Source: Macrostomum lignano
Lineage: Eukaryota
DNA length: 64,000 nt
Reading direction: 5' to 3'
Assembly (NCBI GenBank): GCA_002269645.1
Contig: NIVC01000507.1
Location: forward strand, 310,001 to 374,000
Shown here: positions 1 to 16,900 of the stretch, in pieces
Numbering within the stretch: the stretch's first letter is position 1
Layout: each line of letters starts with the position of its first letter
Notes under the pieces: generated by a model
Seen by the model: the letters and a program-made list of their open reading frames with translations, nothing else
Databases searched by the model: none
What the model was told of the DNA's origin: nothing
Program-made: the position numbers and the translations under genes

Positions 1-2258
1 CCCTGACACCACAGTCGAACATCCCTGACACCACAGTCGAACATCCCTGACACCAAAAACGAACTCTCCTGACACCACAGTCGAACATCCCTGACACCAA
101 AAACGAACTCTCCTGACACCACAGTCGAACATCCCTGACACCACAATCGAACTCTCCTGACACCACAGTCGAACATCCCTGACACCACAATCGAACTCTC
201 CTGACACCACAGTCGAACATCCCTGACACCACAATCGAACTCTCTTGACACCACATTCGAACATCCCTGACACCACAATCGAACTCTCCTGACACCACAG
301 TCGAACATCCAATCGAACTCTCCTGACACCACAGTCGGACATCCCTGACACCACAATCGAACTCTCCTGACACCACAGTCGGACATCCCTGACACCACAA
401 TCGAACTCTCCTGACACCACAGTCGAACATCCCTGACACCACAATCGAACTCTCCTGACACCACAGTCGAACATTCCTGACACCACAATCGAACTCTCCT
501 GACACCACAGTCGAACATCCTTGACACCACAGTCGAACATCCCTGACACCACAATCGAACTCTCCTGACACCACAGTCGAACATCCCTGACACCACAATC
601 GAACTCTCCTGACACCACAGTCGAACATCCTTGACACCACAGTCGAACATCCCTGACACCACAATCGAACTCTCCTGACACCACAGTCGAACATCCCTGA
701 CACCACAATCGAACTCTCCTGACACCACAGTCGAACATCCCTGACACCACAATCGAACTCTCTTGACACCACATTCGAACATCCCTGACACCACAATCGA
801 ACTCTCCTGACACCACAGTCGAACATCCAATCGAACTCTCCTGACACCACAGTCGGACATCCCTGACACCACAATCGAACTCTCCTGACACCACAGTCGG
901 ACATCCCTGACACCACAATCGAACTCTCCTGACACCACAGTCGAACATCCCTGACACCACAATCGAACTCTCCTGACACCACAGTCGAACATTCCTGACA
1001 CCACAATCGAACTCTCCTGACACCACAGTCGAACATCCTTGACACCACAGTCGAACATCCCTGACACCACAATCGAACTCTCCTGACACCACAGTCGAAC
1101 ATCCCTGACACCACAATCGAACTCTCCTGACACCACAGTCGAACATCCTTGACACCACAGTCGAACATCCCTGACACCACAATCGAACTCTCCTGACACC
1201 ACAGTCGAACATCCCTGACACCACAATCGAACTCTCTTGACACCACAGTCGAACATCCCTGACACCACAATCGAACTCTCCTGACACCACAGTCGAACAT
1301 CCCTGACACCACAATCGAACTCTCCTGACACCACAGTCGGACATCCCTGACACCACAATCGAACTCTCCTGACACCACAGTCGGACATCCCTGACACCAC
1401 AATCGAACTCTCCTGACACCACAGTCGAACATCCCTGACACCACAATCGAACTCTCCTGACACCACAGTCGAACATCCCTGACACCACAATCGAACTCTC
1501 CTGACACCACAGTCGGACATCCCTGACACCACAATCGAACTCTCCTGACACCACAGTCGGACATCCCTGACACCACAATCGAACTCTCCTGACACCACAG
1601 TCGAACATCCCTGACACCACAGTCGAACATCCCTGACACCACAGTCGAACATCCCTGACACCAAAAACGAACTCTCCTGACACCACAGTCGAACATCCCT
1701 GACACCAAAAACGAACTCTCCTGACACCACAGTCGAACATCCCTGACACCACAATCGAACTCTCCTGACACCACAGTCGAACATCCCTGACACCACAATC
1801 GAACTCTCTTGACACCACATTCGAACATCCCTGACACCACAGTCGAACATCCCTGACACCACAATCGAACTCTCCTGACACCACAGTCGAACATCCCTGA
1901 CACCACAATCGAACTCTCCTGACACCACAGTCGGAGATCCCTGACACCACAATCGAACTCTCCTGACACCACAGTCGGACATCCCTGACACCACAATCGA
2001 ACTCTCCTGACACCACAGTCGAACATCCCTGACACCACAATCGAACTCTCCTGACACCACAGTCGGACATCCCTGACACCACAATCGAACTCTCCTGACA
2101 CCACAGTCGAACATCCCTGACACCACAATCGAACTCTCCTGACACCACAGTCGAACATCCCTGACACCACAATCGAACTCTCCTGACACCACAGTCGAAC
2201 ATCCCTGACACCACAGTCAAACATCCCTGACACCACAGTCGAACATCCCTGACACCAA
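1..2258. repeat. 22-bp satellite with two alternating variants (44-bp dimer); continues off the left edge
   Basis: Units CCTGACACCACAGTCGAACATC and CCTGACACCACAATCGAACTCT alternate about 100 times; rare variants recur 518 bp apart (243/761, 301/819). Confidence 0.98.
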
Positions 2259-3051
2259 AAGCGATATGGTTCCTTTTGAGCAGCTGGAAATTGCCTTTTG
2301 ACGCGAGACCGTGTCTTCTAACTGCTATTAACGATGAATAGATGCCTTATTTAAAGCAGACAGGAGACAAGTATAAGGAAACTTTGATAGTTTCTCTCGC
2401 AGACAGCCGGACAGACAAGCAGGACGGCCTGTCCTTCAATTATGGCTGATCGGGGACAGAAAGAGATCAATGAAAGATAGAAAAATGTTAAATTTTTACC
2501 CGTAGTCTTTGAAGTAGACTTCCTGTCTAAAGACCCGACATTGATTTCCAATTAAGAATATAAAGTTAAAATTAAAATGGATGAAATCTTTTAGTACGTG
2601 TAGATTAGTTACCTGGCCAGTGATAAATCATAGTTGGTTCATGAAAAGACTGGAAGCTAAATCGTGTTTTCTTCACTCGATTGGGCCTATCTTGACTAAG
2701 AGTCAGTTCGAATATACTATAAAACTCGAACAGTAAGTAGTTTTCTATTAGCCCCAAGTTCAAGGCTATCTCGTTTCCTCTGCACGAATTTACAAGAAAC
2801 TTCGACTTTTCTCTAAAGTCGTTTTCTCCGAAGTACGACTTCGGATAGAAAGAAACATCGTCAATAGCTATTAAACAGATTTTCCAAGAATCTGTTTCTC
2901 GGCTTAACTTCTCGTTTCAGAAGGGATTTAAAAACACCTGATTCTACACGTGAATAGACCAGAGACCGCTAGAAGTTACTAGTAGAAATTTATTTTAAAA
3001 TTTAAATATTAAGCTTTAAAATGGATTAGCGAGATATCTATTCTATCCCTG

Positions 3052-3335
3052 TTTCTTGGTGGGCGCCCTTGTCTCTTGGTGTGCACCTCTGTCTCATGGT
3101 GGGTGCCCCTGTCTCATGGTGGGCGCCCCTGTCTGATGGTAAGTGCCCCTGTCTGATGGTGGGCGCCCTTGTCTCTTGGTGTGCACCTCTGTCTCATGGT
3201 GGGTGCCCCTGTCTCTTGGTGGGCGCCCCTGTCTCTTGGTGGGTGCCCCTGTCTCTTGGTGTGGGCGCCCCTGTCTCTTGGTTGGCGTCCCTGTCTCTTG
3301 GTTGGCGCCCCTGTCTCTTGGTGGACGCCCCTGTC
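3052..3335. repeat. 20-bp minisatellite GGGCGCCCCTGTCTCTTGGT
   Basis: About 14 imperfect tandem copies; explains ORFs 3069-3374. Confidence 0.95.
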
Positions 3336-3930
3336 TACCAAGCGCATAAGAGCTTAAATGTAAAGTTCATGTAAATGTTGGTTGTTTACAACCGCGAATG
3401 CAGACTTTACGCTTCTGCCTTACTTGTAATTGTTTAAGGTACATGTAGTTAATTATGAGTTGCTACTCTTTACTAGCTTCGAGGCTGTGCTGTGCAGCCG
3501 AGGCCTCTTGTAGTGTCCAAATGACTTACATGTAGTTATAATAAAATCAAATGCTTATTTATCTACGCAGCATATAGATTTATCGATTCCAGCCAAGAGC
3601 AGCTCGCAGACTCCTCATGTCTACATGTGACACTTAAAATGGATCACTAAGGGAGTTTGGCTTGGCCCCATCAATTCTCCTTATCTGCTCGTAGCGTATT
3701 CGCCTCAATAATGCATTTTTAAATCTGTGCCTGTCAGCTCTTCCTGGATGCACATCAGTTCCCGATGTTGCCTTTCAATCATCTTCGTTTGAGATTGCGT
3801 GCGCTGATCGACCCTGGCACAGCTACATTGTGTAATTCCCTTATCCTCTAGAGGTGCCAATGAATATAAAGTAAAATATGAATATAAAATACACTAAACA
3901 GAATTGCATTGTTTGCACATGTCTCTCAAT

Positions 3931-4980
<1,050 letters not shown>

Positions 4981-5321
4981 GAGAAAGTGGTTATCAGCGA
5001 GAAGTCAAGGACCCAACCAAACAGAAAAGAAGATACAGCATGCAGCTGAGTAACTTGGTACTTGTATGCTCTGGAAGGTCTGAATGAGCTTAGCAAAATA
5101 GCTATTTAAGTATGCGACTTCGTGTTTACGCGACCATTAGAGAAAAACAATTTTTTCGAAAGCTTCTATCGCCCTCCGGCGTCTCAGTTCCTGGGGGAAG
5201 GGGGGGGGTTAGTCTGGCATCCCGACGCATGAAGTGTTTTCTAGCTCTGCTCGGACTGTATTTTGCTCCGGAGCTGCTAATCAACTTTCGGTGCTTTTTT
5301 GAAAAGTTAATTTCAGTTTCC

Positions 5322-5322
<1 letters not shown>

Positions 5323-5352
<30 letters not shown>

Positions 5353-5534
5353 CATCTATCTATCTATCCATCTATCTATCTATCCATCTATCTATCTATC
5401 CATCTATCTATCCATCTATCTATCTATCCATCTATCTATCCATCTATCTATCCATCTATCTATCCATCTATCTATCTATCCATCTATCTATCCATCTATC
5501 TATCTATCCATCTATCTATCTATCTATCTATCTA
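5323..5534. repeat. (TATC)n/(TCCA) microsatellite
   Basis: Seen directly; reverse complement of the upstream GATA array. Confidence 0.98.
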
Positions 5535-6019
5535 TGTTTTCCAGCTGACATTTAAATAAATACAGAAGTGTGTTTCTACAGATGGAGACTATTTTGAGAA
5601 AGCTGTCTTAAAGGCTGTTATAACAATGGTTGAAAGCAACAAATTTTCTTTTTTCGACTCCACAAATCTAGGCAATCAGCGTGGCATAAGAAATGCTTTT
5701 ATGCGACACGGTGTCCTCTCTGCTCTTTATCTTGGTGGTGGGCGATGCATGCTCCGCCGATGTCAACGGGTCTACGGCTACGACTACGATGGGTCTACAA
5801 TGTCTACAGCAACGGCATGAAGTGCGATGGCATTGAATCTCTGCCGATGAATACGACGCGACAGCAAGCGCTGCGCCAAACTCTTGCAACACTTACTGAA
5901 ACCTTGCTTTTTAATTGTTTTTTGTTAAAATCTGTTCAAATGAGCAGATGTGCAACCGACAGCTCAGCCGCAGCTATTGCGCGGCGCATCTGAAGGCTGC
6001 GTACGGCTGTACAGTCCAA

Positions 6020-6210
6020 GGACTGGGGGGTCGCCACACACACCCTCAATTACCCCAGCTAATGCTGGCACCCATTTTACAACTGGGTGAACTGAAGCAA
6101 TGCAGAGTTCAGTGTCTTGCTCAAGGACACGAATTGTCTCGATTGGGTCGAGAATCGAACCCTCGACCTTTCAGTCGTGAGTACGACGCTCTGACCCCTG
6201 ACTAGGCTAC
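6020..6210 (-). mobile_element. tRNA-derived SINE with CORE-like domain
   Basis: Minus strand: tRNA-like head GTAGCCTAGTCAGGGGTCAGAGCG...GGTTCGATTCTC (A/B boxes), then GTGTCCTTGAGCAAGACACTGAAC...CAGTTCACCCAGTTGTAAAATGGG, which aligns by eye to the MIR/CORE consensus. Second copy at 42040-42186. Confidence 0.8.
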
Positions 6211-6360
6211 AACCCCTAATTAGGCTACAACCCCTAATTAGGCTACAACCCCTAATTAGGCTACAACCCCTAATTAGGCTACAACCCCTAATTAGGCTAC
6301 AACCCATAATTAGGCTACAACCCCTAATTAGGCTACAACCCCTGAAGCTAGGCTACAACC
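6203..6360. repeat. 18-bp tandem repeat TAGGCTACAACCCCTAAT abutting the SINE 5' end
   Basis: About 8 copies. Confidence 0.95.
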
Positions 6361-7212
6361 GTCGTTATACATATAAATGCATCCCTCGTAGCCACTTAAA
6401 AGCAGTCCATGGAAATGACATCTCCACTATCTAGACGTGCTTTCTGGGTGTGCCTGAACAAACGAAGGCTTCTAACTTAATAATACGAAACTTGCTTTGG
6501 TGTTCCACGCATTTTTGACCGTAACGATGACAGCCTCTTTTCATGTTGGAGGATGTGCGTGTCTGCTGCAGCATAGCTCGCGTTGAAAGCAGGTAACTTC
6601 CGGTTTGGGCAAGAAATTCAATCAGAATTTTCAAACTCAGCATACTGTAATGATTATTATTATAGGTATATAATGATAGTTATTAAAATAATAAATTTAT
6701 TCGGATATCTCCCTTTGCGTGTATTGATTCAAGCTTGAACAACATCTACTCTCAGAGTTAAGAATACGTGAGATAAGCCAGCATATTTGTCGGTTTTATA
6801 ATAACTAAATCTTTACAAATTACAAGCTCGTAGTTTATTCAAGGTTTTACCATGTGTACTATTATACCGAAGCAGATTTTTCTCGACCGTTTTGTCTATG
6901 TCAAAATCCCATTCAGCACTGTACGTTCCCTACTATTTAGAGAGCATGCTGAAGGCACTGGCGACACGAAAAACTTTCTTTACCGACCTCCAGCTCATTT
7001 CTAAGAAAGTCAGGTGCAATGTCCTTCAGGTTCAGCTGTCCATAGGGCTATTACGAGTGTACCATATGCTTTGGTTTCTATATGACTTGGCCGCAATCTG
7101 CAGCTCCAGTTCAGGAACGTCTTTGGAAAAGTTCGCTCTAAGAAAACTATGGATTTTTTGTTAATCTTTTTACCATGACAAGTTCGAAGAATTAAAACTT
7201 TATCAATTACTG

Positions 7213-7490
<278 letters not shown>

Positions 7491-7504
7491 TCCCTAACAG
7501 CCAA

Positions 7505-9564
<2,060 letters not shown>

Positions 9565-9667
9565 TGCCTCAAGGATCTTCACAAAAATTTGATTAATATC
9601 TTTTCGATATTGTCAATAGGAGCTTCGCGTTATAGCAGCGGCTTTGAGTTGATTGAATGGCCTTAAT

Positions 9668-9685
9668 TAATATATATATATATTA

Positions 9686-9741
<56 letters not shown>

Positions 9742-9745
9742 TTAT
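9668..9745. repeat. (TA)n microsatellite between the head-to-head GPCR and prosaposin genes
   Basis: Seen directly in the sequence. Confidence 0.97.
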
Positions 9746-10959
9746 ATATCAATTCTAGTACAGTATATGTACCTGTATGGAACGAACGGGCCAATTCTGT
9801 TTGGCTACTGGACTTGGCCAGTGATTGGACATGCTATTGCGCGGGCTTAATCCATCTTATAGCTATAGATAAGCTGAGCTATTTGATTAACTTGTTCATA
9901 TGCTTAAGTGTATTGCTTTATTATATATCATTCATATCAGCTGCTTTATTGTGTCGATCCATCTTTTGATTAAAATCGGTAAATTCTATTTTGAAATACT
10001 ATATCTCATAGATAGTATCTCATCTCTGAGAGATTCAATTTAGACTACTTAGAAACAGTATAGTAGTAGACGAATAAAGGTTTGAATCGTAAAATCTCTG
10101 ACATGAGCTAGCCAGAAGCCAGAGTAGCTCGATCTACACCAAAAGTACATTAATTTGCGTTGAATAAGCCAGAAACCGCGGTCTTTGGTCAGCCTGTGGT
10201 CGAGGTTTGACCCCCCCACTTTTAGTGTGTTACAACGTCTAAAATCAGTATGAATTGAAAGCCAGAAGGCCGCCTATCTAAAAGTACATGTACAAGCATA
10301 TTATAAATTATAGCTACTACTACACATGTACGTCTCATTTTCACATCTTAGATATTTTCGGTAAGTACACGTGCATGTACATCTAAACGTACTACACGCA
10401 AATTTATTTCGCTGTTATATTTAAGCCATGTGTAGGCTTACATTAAAATGCGTAAAAAAATTTTTTTTCATGAAATCAATAAACAAAAACTGAAAATTTT
10501 AATTTTAATGCAGGTAAACAGATGGTTGTTGCTGTACTGCAGTGGCTCATTTTGACTGATAATCACATCCAAAGGTCTGTTATTTTGTCGTAAAACTTAC
10601 ACAAATATTCGCATACAGGTTGATAAGAAGTTAGCTATTTTCTTGTACTACTAATAAGTCATTGTTCATATATTGTTAAAGAAACGTTAGGTCAAATTTT
10701 AAAAGGCAAATTTAAAATTATTTCTACAATTTTTCGAAGTAACATGTGCGATTTTTTATAAATTATCTATTTAGAAATACTCTATTATAGAATCAATTTT
10801 ACTATATTTGTTTTAGTGTGAACTAGAAATGCAAGAAAATTTAAACCATCACAGAGTGAGTTCGACGTGCGAAAAATTTATTCTTCACCTCAAAATTGTA
10901 GCGGCCGGATTTATTCGCACTTAAATTGATTTTTATAATAATTTAATAAAGTAATCGCT

Positions 10960-13900
10960 ATGAGAGCATCGCTGCACCTTGCTTTTGTTGCGCTTCTCTT
11001 TTGTAGCTTAGCAGCGGGTAAGCAGTGAATCAATAGATTATTTTAATTTTAACTTTTCCTGCTGTAACCTGAAAAAAACTATAAAGAATACTTTTGTTTA
11101 TAATAGTCTAGCACTCATTTAAAAATATGCTTCAATATTTTTATGTTTTTTATATTTGTACTTCATTTTTAATTAGCCAGTTTTATTTAAATTGTGTTCT
11201 GTTTTTATACTATATCGAGTATTCGATTTAGAGGACTGTATTAATTATGTAAACTCAAATATTAATTTTATTGCATTCTCATACCCAATAGTATGCTTAT
11301 TTTTTATTTATCTTCAGTTTTATACAAACGTAAAGTTTGAAAATAAGAGCTATCAACAACTTAATTCCTTTTTTTGATAACAAAAGTAATTTACATCAAA
11401 TGAGTGAAATTTTCGATGAACATTTCTCTACATTAACTATATTAACTCCATCAAAATCAGAAACCAAAATTAAAAGTCTTTCTCCATCGCCGTTCAAAGC
11501 CCTGCCAGGTTCGAACCCCTGCTCCCGCGGTCCCGGCCACTGGTGCAGCAGCCTAGCGGCGGCCAGAGCCTGCGGCGCCATTGCCCACTGCGCCCAACTC
11601 TGGAGCCGGAGCTCGAACCTCGGACCTGACCCGGCCGATGCCACCGAGTCCTGCACCACCTGCCGCCTGCTGGCCGACGATCTGGCGCGCCTCGGCGTTG
11701 CTGAAGGTCCAGACGGGATGCGCTCGGCAGGTGCAACTGCCTGCGGTCTTGTCGCCGATCCGAGCGCTGCTCGGGCCTGTCAGCGTCTACTGACCGCGGA
11801 GTCGGCGAACCTGCCGGAACTGCTGGCTGCCGGCTTGCAGCCTGGCAGAGCCTGCGTCATGGCCGGTCAGTGTCGACAGCAGGCGATGCTGTCATCGACT
11901 AGTGCACCGGCAACGCCACAGCCGCCAACTGCCAGCAGTGAGGGAAACTTTTCGTGAATCACGCCTATACTGTTGCTTTAGAATTATAATTATAGAACTT
12001 TGGAATTGAAACAGTCACTGGGATGAGTGTCCTATTGGGTCGCCTTGCGAGACGGCTTGGGAAGGACTGTATTTTGTATAGCATGCGCCCCTCTAAGCTT
12101 CCCTATCCGGCCCTCGGATCCTTTGAAAATTTACAATCGCGATTCAGCCCTGTTGAAGGCTTGTGTCTCTTCTCAGCTCTCTTCTCTCTTCTTTTCTTTC
12201 CTCTCCTATCCTCTCCTCTCCTCTCATCTCATCTCCTCTCCTCTCCTCTCATCTCCTCTCATCTCATCTCTTCTCTTCTCCTCTCTACTCTCCTATCCTC
12301 TTCTCTCTTCTCTCCCCGCTACTCTCCTCGCTCGTATGTCTCTTTATCCTCTTCTATAATATTTTGTTTCTCCTCTTTTCTTTATTCCCGCGTCTCTCCT
12401 TTCTTCTTTTAAGCTTATCTCTCATCTCTATTCTATCTCATCTCCCCTCCTCTGGCCAGCAAGTCACGCGCTAGATTCTTTATCGCGCTCGGGTGCCCAC
12501 AACTCTCTCCTGCGAATCTGTATTTTTACAATATATAGATATTTTAAAGCGACAAATTGTATTATTGTCCCCTGCACCCACCCCATATCCCCACTGTGCC
12601 AGGCAGCTGCAGCGCCTGTCCCTCTGTTCTAGAAGCCATCGGCACCTCCGTCATCCGAGTGGGCGTCAGTCCAGCTCACGCCGTCGCCCGTCTGCGACGT
12701 CAAGTTTGTCCAACACTGGCCAACAAGAGGCAGCGAACAATGTGCCGCAAACTGGCTGGTCGGCGAGACCTATTCCGAATTGTACTGCAGCTAGCTAGGG
12801 GCGTTGTGAGTACAGTGTGAACTGTTTGAGTTTTTGTTGAATTCGAAATGCCATCTTCATCTTCAGATTGCCTGTCCAGACACCACATTCAACCACAAGC
12901 CTTCAGCACTCCGAAAAGCGAACGCTTCCACAAAGCCTTCCTTCTATAGATATCCTTCTATAAGTCTGCATCTCGAAAGCTTTCAGTCGCTTTTCATCTT
13001 CTGCTCCATTGTTCCAGCTGTCACCACGCATGGTGATAAGTTGCGATGACGACCGATCCTTTGACCAGTATAAAACGCGCTGACGTGGCTCGGGGTTTAG
13101 TGGCGCTGGTCAAACGACTTTGGCTTAGAAATATCATACTAGCTAAATGACGACAGAGTGTAATAGTTACAGCTGGCCTTGCCACGAAATTGCACTGAGC
13201 TAGAGAGAGAGTGAGAGTTTGATAACATTATCGGAATAAATCTGGACAAGCATGCAAGGGGCCTGATAAGAAGAAGGCCTCCAGGGTTATTCAATTCTGG
13301 CTTGAATAGGCCGGTTTAGATAAGCAGAAGACAAGTGGAGTTCTTTTTATGCCTGCTTGCTTTATGCAAGCGAAATTGAAGGTCGACAGCAGTTCAGCGA
13401 TAAGCGAGTCTGACTCCCTCAGCGCGACCCCTGTGGGCCTGTGTTGCAAGAAAATTAGCCAAGGGGTTTTCGTGTGATTTACACCCAACGAGGACCAACC
13501 CCTAAGGCACAGAGAGTGTACATGTCGGACTATTTGAAAGTCGAGGCCGCCGCTGTACAGCCTGTGTGAGCCACTGAGCGTGTGTACAGTATTGGTGCTC
13601 CTTTACGTGCTTAGGAGTAAGCGAACTGGGATGATGTCGCCCAAGGCCTTGCAACTCTTCTGCAAAAATTTATGCAGATATAAAAATAATATTCTATTCC
13701 AGCCACCGAAACAAGTTTGCACCGAATTTCGACTGTGCAGTTCGGCGCCTTTCGCTGGCCACCCAGTGATCCAATTGATGCAACTGCAGGTGAGCTACTC
13801 GTACTACTTCTAGTACGAGTAATGATGAACATACCATTCAATATTAAACTCAATCAGACTAGAACAATTTCATCACTCATCGCAAACGCATGCCCAGACA

Positions 13901-16900
13901 AATAAGGCCATCAAACTAGCTGAACCAATCGAGTGCCAGGTGTGCGAAGACCTGGTCAACCAGGCCCGGCAGATGCTGCGCGACGGCCGCACACAGGCTG
14001 AGATTGAAAGCTTCGTCGAAAGCATCGTCTGCAACGCGCTACCATCGTCAGAGAAGGACCAATGCGTCAAGAATGTGCAGCAATACGGGCCGATTCTGTT
14101 TCAACTGCTTGCCTCAGAGCTGGATCCTAAAACTGTCTGCGAGGCTGTGGGCGCCTGCGGAAAAACTGGCAGAACTGATCGGCTGAAGCCCAAACTGGGT
14201 GTCGGTCCGCAGTGCCTGCTGTGCGAGTTCGTCATGCGAGAGGTTGACAAGCAGCTCAGCCAGAACGCTACCCAGGCCGAGATCGAGGCAGCTCTTCTGC
14301 AGGTGTGCTCCCTGCTGCCCCAGACTGTCCGTCAGGAGTGCGACGGCTTTGTGCAGCAGTACACTCCCATCATCATCCAGCTGCTGGTGAACGGCTTGAG
14401 TCCACAGAGGATCTGCACAGTGCTCGGTCTCTGCACCGCCTCTACACAACGTCCGCCTGTCACACCGGTTCGAAAGCCCGTCCAAGCAGGTCCGCAGTGT
14501 CTGATTTGCGAGTTCGTCATGCGAGAGGTCGACAAGCAGCTCGGACAGAATGCAACTCAAGCCGAGATCGAGACAGCTCTTCTGCAGGTGTGCTCTGTGC
14601 TGCCCCAGACTGTCCGTCAGGAGTGCGACAACTTCGTTCAGCAGTTCACTCCGACCATCATCCAGCTGCTGGTGAACGGCCTGAGTCCTCAGCGGGTGTG
14701 CTCCGCGCTTGGTCTCTGCTCTCAGCGAGCTCCGCTGCACCGTCTTGCTCCAACGCCGAAGTCGTCAACCAAATCGTCATCGACTACCTGCGACGTCTGC
14801 CAGACGGTGATGCAGTACGCGAAGTCTCTGCTGCAGGAGAACGCCACCGAGCAGGAGATTGTGCAGCTGGTTGAGCGAGTTTGCAGCTTCCTACCGACTG
14901 CCGAGCAGGCGGCCTGCAAGTCGTTCATCAACGAATACGGAGCGTACGTGATTCAGCTGCTGCTGCAGGACGCCAACCCTAGACAGATCTGCCAGGTGAG
15001 TTGCTCGAATAATTACTAGATGATTTTTTTCAAGGCTCGAATTACCATCCTGAGCATTAATTACTCGTACAAGCTTTAATGTGTTTGTGCCAAATAGTAA
15101 TTAATTATGATGATAAGGTCTTGTTTATACCGGTAGATGTCTACAATACTCTAATATAGTATATCATTAGTGTTGAAGTATTTCTAAATTTATTTTCTGA
15201 GTGAAGACACAACACGAAAAGCTACGTGTTAAGAGGTATTTGGTGAAGTGCCATAGAAGACAGAAATGCTATAGGAGGGGTTGTGCTGGGCAATCATCAA
15301 AAAGAAATAGGTTAAAAAACAGGTGCAGGCGATTGAGCCAGACAGTCAAGTCATGAATTTCAGTTTAAAATCAGTTAACTGCGGTTAAATAAAGGCAAGT
15401 AGCCACATTTTCACTCTCTCAACAGCTGGTGGGACTCTGTACGACTACTAAAATGACGCCTCCAGTAGCTTCATTGGTTCGAAAACCGGCCCGAGCGAGT
15501 CCGCAATGCCTGACGTGCGAGTTCGTCATGCGAGAGGTCGAGCAGCAGCTCAGTCAGAACGCTACCCAGACCGAGATCGAGTCAGCTCTTCAACAGGTGT
15601 GCTCCCTGCTGCCCCAGACTGTCCGTCAGGAGTGCGACGGCTTTGTGCAGCAGTACACTCCCATCATCATCCAGCTGCTGGTGAATGGCCTGAGTCCTCA
15701 GCGGATCTGCACAGTGCTCGGTCTCTGCACCCAGGTTCAGCAACCGGTATCGCCAGTTCGCGCCAAGCTAGGTGCGACGTCAACTGCCTGCGACACCTGC
15801 CAGACAGTGGTAGTCTATGTCAAGTCGCTGCTGAAAGAAAACGCAACGGAACAAGAGATCATTGACACGGTGGAGAAAGTCTGCAACTTTCTGCCAACAG
15901 CTGAGCGACCTACCTGCAAGATGTTTGTTGACCAGTACGGACCGTACGTGATCCAGCTGCTGCTGCAGGACCTCAACCCGATGCAAGTCTGCCAGGTAAC
16001 TTCTTTCGGCGCGTACTTTATCTCAATCTAGAGAAAAATCAAAATAATTGACTGATTACTAACCATTCCTACTTTCAGTTACTTGGACTTTGTACGCAAA
16101 AGAAACTTCAAGCAGCAGTTCGAAAGCAGAAGCAAATCAGTGCCGGTCCGCAGTGCCTGCTGTGCGAGTTCGTCATGCGAGAGGTTGACAAGCAGCTCAG
16201 CCAGAACGCTACCCAGACCGAGATCGAGGCAGCTCTTCTGCAGGTGTGCTCTGTGCTGCCCCAGACTGTCCGTCAGGAGTGCGACGGCTTTGTGCAGCAG
16301 TACACTCCCATCATCATCCAGCTGCTGGTGAACGGCCTGAGTCCTCAGCGGGTGTGCTCCGCGCTTGGTCTCTGCTCTCAGCGAGCTCCGCTGCACCGTC
16401 TTGCTCCAACGCCGAAGTCGTCAACCAAGTCGTCATCGACTGTCTGCGACGTCTGCCAGACGGTGATGCAGTACGCGAAGTCTCTGCTGCAGGAGAACGC
16501 CACCGAGCAGGAGATTGTGCAGCTGGTTGAGCGAGTTTGCAGCTTCCTACCGACTGCCGAGCAGGCGGCCTGCAAGTCGTTCATCAACGAATACGGAGCG
16601 TACGTGATTCAGCTGCTGCTGCAGGACGCCAACCCTAGACAGATCTGCCAGGTGAGCCATTTGGATAGTTTTTACATAGAATGGATCTATAGCATCATTT
16701 ATCTCAAGTCATAGGACCTAGAGTCACAGCTGTTTCCAGCAAAGCTGAAGCAAACCAGTGGCTGGAAAAAAGTTACGCTCGTATGACCCTCCTTGTGCAA
16801 TAAGCCATCTCTGGCGTCTTCGTTATGGAAACCCCCGAAGCAAATCCGATTCGCTACCAAACCAATTTGGCTTGCAGCTTCTGGGCCTGTGCACCAACAG

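Noticed and set aside
14114-16587. Overlapping antisense and alternative-frame ORFs in the saposin exons, transposase and LINE
   Set aside because: Typical shadows of GC-rich coding sequence with no recognisable motifs.
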